DNA of 64,000 nucleotides from Giardia intestinalis (Eukaryota): NCBI GenBank assembly GCA_000002435.2, contig CM018792.1; one strand, 5' to 3'. Shown piece by piece: positions 57,714 to 64,000 of this stretch (position 1 is its first letter; each line of letters starts with the position of its first letter). The notes under the pieces were generated by a model. It saw only the letters and a program-made list of their open reading frames with translations, ran no database searches and was not told where the DNA came from. The position numbers and the translations under genes were made by a program.

Positions 57714-59828
57714 TTAGCGTAGCCTGTATTTGTTATCTTCGGTAATCACTATCAGGCCGTAATTAATGAGTCGCGTCAAAGCCATCTGAAACTCAGCATC
57801 GGTGATGTGTTCACGAAGAGCTAGCTCCTGTAGTGTGTCGTGGTCGATGGCATCAACATGCTGTCCCAGTATGGATGTAATCACGCGATTTGCAGTTTGC
57901 ATTTCAGAACCCGGTCTGACGCGTTGCTTGCGCCGTCCCGTATGGGCAGACTTCTCGGCTGCAGCAAGCAAGTCTCGAGCCTTTGCCACATCATCAGCAG
58001 AGACACTGTCCGACAACCGTAGTTTAGCTATTGCTTGGGAGATGCGGATCGTCGCCAGGAGTGCACGGGGAGTGATGAATTCCCTCTCCTTTCTGTCTTG
58101 AATGTAAGTCATGACATATGTGTCCAGTAAATGCTGTGGGACTGCTGGTCGTAGGTTCTTAGCAACAGCAATGTAGGCTTGCAATTCCTTCTCAGTCAGT
58201 ATCTTTGTCGATTGAGCATCAGATACTCCGGCAGAATACATGTCATATGCATGCTTGTGTAAATTTGCCACATGTAATGATAAGTTCATATCCTCTTCTT
58301 CGTGAATTTTATCTCTGATTACAAAAAGTATATCGAATCTACTAATAAGGGCTTCTGGGATGTTAATGTTGCTAGCTACAGAGATGCTTGGGTCCCAGAT
58401 ACTAAACTTAGGGTTTGCGGCAGCTACAACGGTCGCTCTCGCATTAAGTGTGGCTGTTATACCTGCTTTGGCTACTGAGATGGTACCCTGCTCCATCACT
58501 TCGTAGATTGCAGTTCTGTCTGCTTCTTCCAGTTTGTCTAGTTCATCGAGAGCACAGACACCTTGATCAGCTATCACAAGCGCGCCTCCCTCAAGGCTAT
58601 AGTCTGTTGTTCCCGGAATACGGATGGCAGCAGTGGTCAGACCAGCACCACTGGCCCCACGACCGGCGACGTATATTCCCCGTTCTGCAATTGTACATGT
58701 AAACTTAAGGAGTGCGCTTTTAGCACATCCGGGATCGCCTACAAAGAGGGTATTAATGTTTCCTCTGACCTTCATATCAGGGACCACAATCTCGTTGCCG
58801 CCTACGAGGGAACAAAGACATGCTAACTTCTCGTCTTCGCGGCCGTGGATCCGAGGTGCAAAAGAAGCTATTAGCACGTGCAGAGGAATAGCCTTTTCAC
58901 GCAAGACAGAAAGATCAGTGGCTAGAGAAGGCTGAAGTTGAGAACTTTCGACCATAGTGTTTGCAAGGGCGGCAGCCCTGTCCTGCTCGACACCAGATAC
59001 CCCAATTGCCTCTGCAGCGTTCAGATACGCCCACCCTTCTGCGTAGAAAACAGAATTGATACGGTAAATAGTGTCCACGACGGGTATCGGCATAAGGGTT
59101 CCCCAGAGCTTCACCTTTTCGCCGGGACGGAGAGCTACTCCTTCTTTCCGAATATGCACCGTCATAGTGCGAGGCACTTCACCATCAGGTATTTCAACCG
59201 GTAGCTCCTGGATAATGGCTATGTAAAGAGAATTAATCACCGACCGCTTAGTGTTTAAGACTGGTGCCTCGTACGTTTTGAGTTGCTGGCAAACCTCTGA
59301 GTCACACCTTTGTGGGATGCTGTATTGATCATGAGGAACAACAACATATTGCGAAGAGCCACACACTTCACAGGTGAATGTAGCTATTTCACATTCAGGC
59401 ACCACCTGACTAATGAATGTCACTATACCTGAAAACACAACTAAGTGGCCAATCATGGATGCAGAAACAGACCTTAGCGTTAGTGGATGCTCTAACATAT
59501 CATTTTCGGGTACAATCTCCACTGAGAACCACCTTGAAAGACGATATGGCTGATTAGTATACTGTCCTCTCTCCTCCTCTGGAAGAGATGAAATCCACTG
59601 CTCAGTCAATACGTCGTTGATCAGCATTGAATAGTGCGGAAAGTTGTGCTTGATACAGGTGGCAAGGTCCACTGGGAGGTCCTTAAGGTATATGTGCACT
59701 ACGGTCGTTTGGCCACGAACAGGGGTGAGAGCTTGTTCACGAATGAGCTCACGGAAAGCATCAGCGTGCTCACGATACCTATAATTGGAAAATTCCTTGT
59801 GTAGGTTCTGCGTACGAGCGGCCTGCAT
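57714..59828 (-). CDS. MCM-family replicative helicase subunit, most similar to MCM5
   Basis: The C4 zinc finger is CEVCGSS...CDSEVCQ. The Walker A motif is GDPGCAKSALLKF (MCM5 has GDPGTAKSQLLKF). The Walker B motif is CALDELDKL. The arginine finger is ALISRFDILFVIRD (MCM5 has SRFDMIFIVKD). The sensor-2 motif is TATLNARATVVAAANP. The ATG is real. Confidence 0.85.
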   Translation of the reverse strand: MQAARTQNLHKEFSNYRYREHADAFRELIREQALTPVRGQTTVVHIYLKDLPVDLATCIKHNFPHYSMLINDVLTEQWISSLPEEERGQYTNQPYRLSRWFSVEIVPENDMLEHPLTLRSVSASMIGHLVVFSGIVTFISQVVPECEIATFTCEVCGSSQYVVVPHDQYSIPQRCDSEVCQQLKTYEAPVLNTKRSVINSLYIAIIQELPVEIPDGEVPRTMTVHIRKEGVALRPGEKVKLWGTLMPIPVVDTIYRINSVFYAEGWAYLNAAEAIGVSGVEQDRAAALANTMVESSQLQPSLATDLSVLREKAIPLHVLIASFAPRIHGREDEKLACLCSLVGGNEIVVPDMKVRGNINTLFVGDPGCAKSALLKFTCTIAERGIYVAGRGASGAGLTTAAIRIPGTTDYSLEGGALVIADQGVCALDELDKLEEADRTAIYEVMEQGTISVAKAGITATLNARATVVAAANPKFSIWDPSISVASNINIPEALISRFDILFVIRDKIHEEEDMNLSLHVANLHKHAYDMYSAGVSDAQSTKILTEKELQAYIAVAKNLRPAVPQHLLDTYVMTYIQDRKEREFITPRALLATIRISQAIAKLRLSDSVSADDVAKARDLLAAAEKSAHTGRRKQRVRPGSEMQTANRVITSILGQHVDAIDHDTLQELALREHITDAEFQMALTRLINYGLIVITEDNKYRLR

Positions 59829-59895
59829 TAAATTGTTTTTAATCCGGCCTACTCACTCTGCATAGCCCGGCTGGCTGCCAGCACAACACAAAGGC

Positions 59896-61281
59896 ATGGA
59901 GCATCTTTCTCCAACGACCATTTATTTCCAGAGTCTTTCTCTTCTTGCCGATCACCTCAGAGCTCAAATCAGAATAAAGGATAAAGGAGTGACCATCCTG
60001 CTCCAGCCAGCAACCTATGACATCCCCAAGATTCTTCCCTATCTCTTTCCAACGTACACTCATGTTACACCCGTGTCAGCTGAACAAGTATTAGATTATT
60101 TAGAGTCATTGCCAACAGCTCTCTCACTTCCTACAAAGACCCTCCTTGTTATTGATGAGCACTCCTCTTCACTCATGCTTAAGATTCGCTCCTTCCTCTT
60201 CACTTCCTATGAGACGCACGCATCTGGAGCTGTGTTTTTAACCAAGGACCTACCTCAAAATCTATCCGTTTGCATTATTCTATCCCGAGCACTCATCGAG
60301 AGACAGGCGTCTGACACGCAGGTCTCTATCCTCAATCAGTATCATATTTATTCTATCAAGACAGCATCAGTGGGCGAGCCACTACGACACAGAGTTCCTC
60401 TGGTGATAGACCTCGGTTGGATAGGAAAGAAGGCTATTACCGATTTAATATTCAACATGCTAACCAGAGATCCTCGTCACGAACCTGCAATCAAGATGGG
60501 GGAGAGAAGTCTGTCACATCGTGATATCCAGCGATTTGTTAGTGCAACAAACCCTATATCCCCTTCATCGGCACTCCATAACTTTGTGTTCTATGTCAGC
60601 ACGCCTCTAAGAGAAGCGGCACTGCCTCAACTATCGAGTGAAACAGACACGCTATACCAACTTATGCGGTCCTTCTTCTCCGCCTCTTTGCGGGATCCCC
60701 GTGCAGACATGACCACCTCACGAAGTAGCGCGTTGCACTATATCAGCCTTCGTCTCGTGCGTAACTTGCCCGTGCACATCCCCTCCGCCCACGCTTTCTT
60801 CTTCCTGTCAACAAAAAGACTTCCTACCAAACGTAACCTAAATCAAATTTATCTAGATGCGTTACAATCCGATATATCCCCCAACACCATTCTATCGTGG
60901 CTCTATGACTATATCTATGACGTATACCACACTGCAGACCAAATTGGACACTTTTGCGAGTGTGTTTCTGCGCTATACAGTACCTCAGACAGACTCCCAA
61001 CGTACACCAGCGCATTCTCGCTGCAAGTTGCATGGATTGTGCACGAGCTATGTGTATTGAAGTTCACCAAATTGCACTCCCTCCCTCAAACCATGCGTCG
61101 GCTGTCAAGTTTTTGCCCTCCTAGACAGCCTTCTGTCAAGCGCATCAATTCACTAGATGCACACGAGCAATATGCGCATCTTCATAACAATCTTGATGTC
61201 CTTTCTGCACCAATTGAGCACTTAAAAGAGAAGAGCGGCCATTCTGACAGCCCTGACTCTGAGTCTGAGCTAACAAGTTAG
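59896..61281 (+). CDS. Hypothetical protein (461 aa)
   Basis: The ATG is real. I found no recognisable motif. Confidence 0.45.
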   Translation: MEHLSPTTIYFQSLSLLADHLRAQIRIKDKGVTILLQPATYDIPKILPYLFPTYTHVTPVSAEQVLDYLESLPTALSLPTKTLLVIDEHSSSLMLKIRSFLFTSYETHASGAVFLTKDLPQNLSVCIILSRALIERQASDTQVSILNQYHIYSIKTASVGEPLRHRVPLVIDLGWIGKKAITDLIFNMLTRDPRHEPAIKMGERSLSHRDIQRFVSATNPISPSSALHNFVFYVSTPLREAALPQLSSETDTLYQLMRSFFSASLRDPRADMTTSRSSALHYISLRLVRNLPVHIPSAHAFFFLSTKRLPTKRNLNQIYLDALQSDISPNTILSWLYDYIYDVYHTADQIGHFCECVSALYSTSDRLPTYTSAFSLQVAWIVHELCVLKFTKLHSLPQTMRRLSSFCPPRQPSVKRINSLDAHEQYAHLHNNLDVLSAPIEHLKEKSGHSDSPDSESELTS

Positions 61282-61336
61282 TAATGATGGGTGGATGGGT
61301 GTAATTTTCCTTGGTGAATGTGCAGCAAACCAAGCC

Positions 61337-64000
61337 TTATTTCCACAAACCCCTTCTGGAATGAAAAGCCTCCCTTTCAATGTCTGTCAGTACCTCATAG
61401 TATAGATCTGCATTTGGTGGTATATCTTCATCACTTGTGAGCTTCGCAAGCCCATTAGATATCACTTTCCCTGTAATTGAGACTACAACATCAATGGGCG
61501 GCTCACTGGGATCATCAACCTCGATGTTTTCTGTGTCTTCGCCAAATAAAAAGACATTCAAGAGACCGTCTCTATCGTATCCGCACGAGTAGCAGATCAG
61601 ATCAACACCTACTATATCCTGCCTAACGTAGTCAAGAAACTCCTGATTGGCCAGCCCCTTATCTGTTGCCTCCTTCTTGAGAGGCTGTAATAAGGCAAAT
61701 TTAGCTGTTGCAGTAGTTGGTTTAGAAGTCAGTAATTCGTCTGGAATGGGTGCGTATAGGTTCTGTGCGTCTTTTAGAAAGACACTTTTACCAACGTCCA
61801 AGAGGTAGAGCTGCACCCCATTGCTGTTCACATGCTCCTCACTGCCATCTGTGTCGAAGACCAACGACTCGACCCTTGCCCTTAGATATTTGTCTGTGCT
61901 TGTGTCGTGATAAATGATGATCTGTTTAACAAACACGGAAGAAATGTCGTGTAGAGCCTTTGTACCAGCCTTATCAAGCATCTCTTTCGTTATTGTGGTC
62001 CTTTCACTGTCCTTCAAGCGAAAAACGAAAGTCTCATCGTCAAGAAACTGCAACCCATGAATGCTGTACCTTTCAGGGAAGGCCCAGGAACCAGGATTAG
62101 GTATGATCGAGTCTTTATAATCTATATAAAATTTAAACAATCCTATGCGTTTCTTTCTAGCATTACTCTCTAGGGCAGTGTAAGTGTGCAAACAGGCCGA
62201 CGGAAGTCCACTTTCATTGGCTGCTTTCCCCTTAACAAGCTCACCAAGGCCGCGCTCAAGAAGGGACTCCCCAAAGTCCTTCTCCTGGCCGTCCTTACAG
62301 ATGACCGAAACTCTAGCGAAAAGCGCATTGGTGCGTTGGTCGACCACTCCCGTAAAAGTCACCTTGACGTCTTTCATGAGAAGAGTGTTTCTAGCATATC
62401 CTAAAGCCTCCATACTAAATGCTTCACGACGTTTTACTGATGGCGTTACAATGCCTGAAATAGCAATCATCACCACCTGTATAAATCCACGTTTATTTGA
62501 CATGTAGATACGGAACCTGTTTCCAGAGACAACTGACTCAACCACAGCCTGGTAGCATCCAGTGTGGTCACGTGCAAAGTGTTGAACCTGCATCTTGCTG
62601 TTCCCAGTGGAGGAACTGTAATCAATCACCTTGAGCATGCTCCTGGTGGTATGTGCACCGGACTCTTGGTGCTTCTCTGACTGACTTTCAGACTCTGCCT
62701 CAAGCATCAAGGCGTAGTCACGGGACCTATTGGTCTCCGATACGGGGTGGCGTATGACACGGCATCCGGTATTTTTAATCAAGGTGAGTGCTATATTTGA
62801 GCCGTCGTCCTGTAGGTATATAGAAAAGTAAGGCCGTGGTAGAAGATTGTCTCTAGACTTTGGAGGGTCGCGTAGATAATCCAGGTGAGCTGTGACGTAG
62901 TGGCCAATATAATTCTTGCGAAGATACTCACGAAGATTGAACCCAGCCTCTTCAACCTCCAAAGAGTCCTTTAAAATTACACATTTAGGAGCGAGTAGCG
63001 AGGAGAACCATGCCCGCAACGAAGAGCCATCATTGAGACGGATGACAATAGAATCAGAAGACGGCACATCTATCACCATACCTGTATATTGCTTGTTCTT
63101 CTTAAGCTCTCCCGCCGAGACTTCTTTATCTATTACTTCTTGAGTTGCATGGTCTGTATTCTTCCATACACCAAGCCGTTTGTTCTTCGCTTGTTCTTCG
63201 GCCTTGTTATAGAGCTCCTTAATGGAGCTGGCTGAATCTAGCATCCAGTCCACGGTCTGTGCATACCCCTTAGAGAGCAAGACATGTGCATAGTCCTTAT
63301 CTTCCACTCCACTGGTACAGACCGTCACCTTGCATAAGAGAGAATTCCCACTAGAAAGCATTGGAGTCACACGAACTGTCTTGCCAGACAAGAGAGTAAT
63401 GGCAGTATCATATGCTTCCTGCACACACGAGCTGAGCGTATCAGACTCACCTGCGGTCATAACACCAAATGGCTTGCAAGGTACCTTCACACAGGTCAAC
63501 GGAGCTTCCTTCAGTTGGATCAGAACGATGAAATAGCTTGCATCCTTAACGTATTCCACACTGCCTGAAAGCTCCTGATCCTTGTACTGGGTGAGCAACT
63601 GAGCTGCAGAAGTATCTACCATCGCTGGGACTAGGCTCAGATTCTCATCTCCAGAGTACATGCCAGAGTGATGGATGAATCTAGCTTTCAGCTGTGCTTC
63701 AACAAGCTTAGTCTCGGTGCTTTTGGGGTTCTCTTGTTGCTCACTAAGACGCGCAGCGCTCAGTACCTCTTCGCCTGTAAGTAAAGAAAGATCAAGCGAA
63801 CCATTAAGCTGAGGAAGATACTTTTTCACATATTGGCTAGCATATGCGTCAATCACTGTTCCCCAACCTGCAAGGAGGACCTGTTCATTAATGTGTGCTC
63901 CCGAAATAAACGCGTTTGCAAGGACACGGCGTGGGCTAGCTTGCAGCTCTTTGGTGATTTCTAAATGTATCCTGTGTCCAGCAAGCCTCTTCCGGAGAAA
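61337..64000 (-). CDS. SND1: Tudor-SN (SND1/p100)-like protein with multiple staphylococcal-nuclease-like domains. The N-terminus is truncated by the window end.
   Basis: Several SN-domain endings are present (LLSKGYAQTVDWM...EEQAKNKRLGVWKN; LLERGLGELVKGKAAN...ESNARKKRIGLFK; GLAKLTSDE...EREAFHSRRGLWK). I translated the region upstream of the track start (a GTG at 63856) and the same frame stays open to position 64000 (FLRKRLAGHRIHLEITKE...HINEQVLLAGWGTV). This resembles the end of the SND1 SN1 domain. The gene therefore continues beyond the window. Confidence 0.7.
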   Translation of the reverse strand, partial: FLRKRLAGHRIHLEITKELQASPRRVLANAFISGAHINEQVLLAGWGTVIDAYASQYVKKYLPQLNGSLDLSLLTGEEVLSAARLSEQQENPKSTETKLVEAQLKARFIHHSGMYSGDENLSLVPAMVDTSAAQLLTQYKDQELSGSVEYVKDASYFIVLIQLKEAPLTCVKVPCKPFGVMTAGESDTLSSCVQEAYDTAITLLSGKTVRVTPMLSSGNSLLCKVTVCTSGVEDKDYAHVLLSKGYAQTVDWMLDSASSIKELYNKAEEQAKNKRLGVWKNTDHATQEVIDKEVSAGELKKNKQYTGMVIDVPSSDSIVIRLNDGSSLRAWFSSLLAPKCVILKDSLEVEEAGFNLREYLRKNYIGHYVTAHLDYLRDPPKSRDNLLPRPYFSIYLQDDGSNIALTLIKNTGCRVIRHPVSETNRSRDYALMLEAESESQSEKHQESGAHTTRSMLKVIDYSSSTGNSKMQVQHFARDHTGCYQAVVESVVSGNRFRIYMSNKRGFIQVVMIAISGIVTPSVKRREAFSMEALGYARNTLLMKDVKVTFTGVVDQRTNALFARVSVICKDGQEKDFGESLLERGLGELVKGKAANESGLPSACLHTYTALESNARKKRIGLFKFYIDYKDSIIPNPGSWAFPERYSIHGLQFLDDETFVFRLKDSERTTITKEMLDKAGTKALHDISSVFVKQIIIYHDTSTDKYLRARVESLVFDTDGSEEHVNSNGVQLYLLDVGKSVFLKDAQNLYAPIPDELLTSKPTTATAKFALLQPLKKEATDKGLANQEFLDYVRQDIVGVDLICYSCGYDRDGLLNVFLFGEDTENIEVDDPSEPPIDVVVSITGKVISNGLAKLTSDEDIPPNADLYYEVLTDIEREAFHSRRGLWK

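Noticed and set aside
10568-63856. The ORF-track start coordinates at 10568, 27120, 33333, 35681, 37205, 38156, 40035, 47448, 51208, 52869 and 63856
   Set aside because: These positions are TTG, GTG or CTG triplets that the ORF finder translated as M. I checked the nucleotides and re-anchored each gene to the first in-frame ATG.
1-64000. Prokaryotic-style features (operons, RBS, rho-independent terminators, CRISPR arrays)
   Set aside because: The window contains a eukaryotic tRNA without encoded CCA and with an oligo-T terminator, together with a VSP, Sec1, MCM, SPO11, proteasome and spliceosome genes. Together these mark it as eukaryotic (diplomonad) nuclear DNA. No direct-repeat and spacer arrays are present.

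Overview
This window looks like diplomonad (Giardia-like) nuclear DNA, read directly from the sequence. Genes are intronless and tightly packed, with 0–200 bp intergenic spacers, short AT-rich stretches directly upstream of start codons, and frequent convergent or divergent gene overlaps. The window has three parts.

(i) 1–1707, minus strand: the 5' part of a cysteine-rich variant-specific surface protein (VSP) family gene. It has a signal peptide, about 40 CXXC motifs and two GGCY motifs, and it runs off the window start.

(ii) 1708–10454: an 8.7 kb stretch with no ORF longer than about 130 aa on either strand. It ends at a canonical eukaryotic tRNA-Asn(GUU) on the minus strand (10455–10528) followed by a T-run.

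(iii) 10592–64000: about 95% coding. It begins with a 5281-aa ORF and is followed by recognisable housekeeping genes. These are proteasome beta4, an SM (Sec1/Munc18)-family protein, the tRNA adenosine deaminase ADAT2, SNU13, RAD52, a PPP phosphatase, a sirtuin, SF3a2, an SLC35F-like transporter, SPO11, TRM10, an MCM5-like helicase and a Tudor-SN (SND1) gene that is truncated by the window end.

The less ordinary items are these. An apparently intact Tc1/mariner-type DDE transposase gene (paired-like HTH plus a D, D, E triad) sits between housekeeping genes with no detectable terminal inverted repeats. A kexin-like subtilase keeps its P-domain and Ser but has lost the Asp, His and Asn catalytic residues. 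A cathepsin-B-like protein has Cys->Ser and His->Gln substitutions. Several start/start and stop/start overlaps are present, including two divergent ATGs sharing 2 nt at ACATGT next to a perfect 12-bp palindrome upstream of SPO11. The ORF desert itself is unexplained.

Many start coordinates in the supplied ORF track are TTG/GTG/CTG codons that were translated as M. I re-anchored them to the first in-frame ATG. The track omits the VSP gene entirely because it has no stop codon inside the window.
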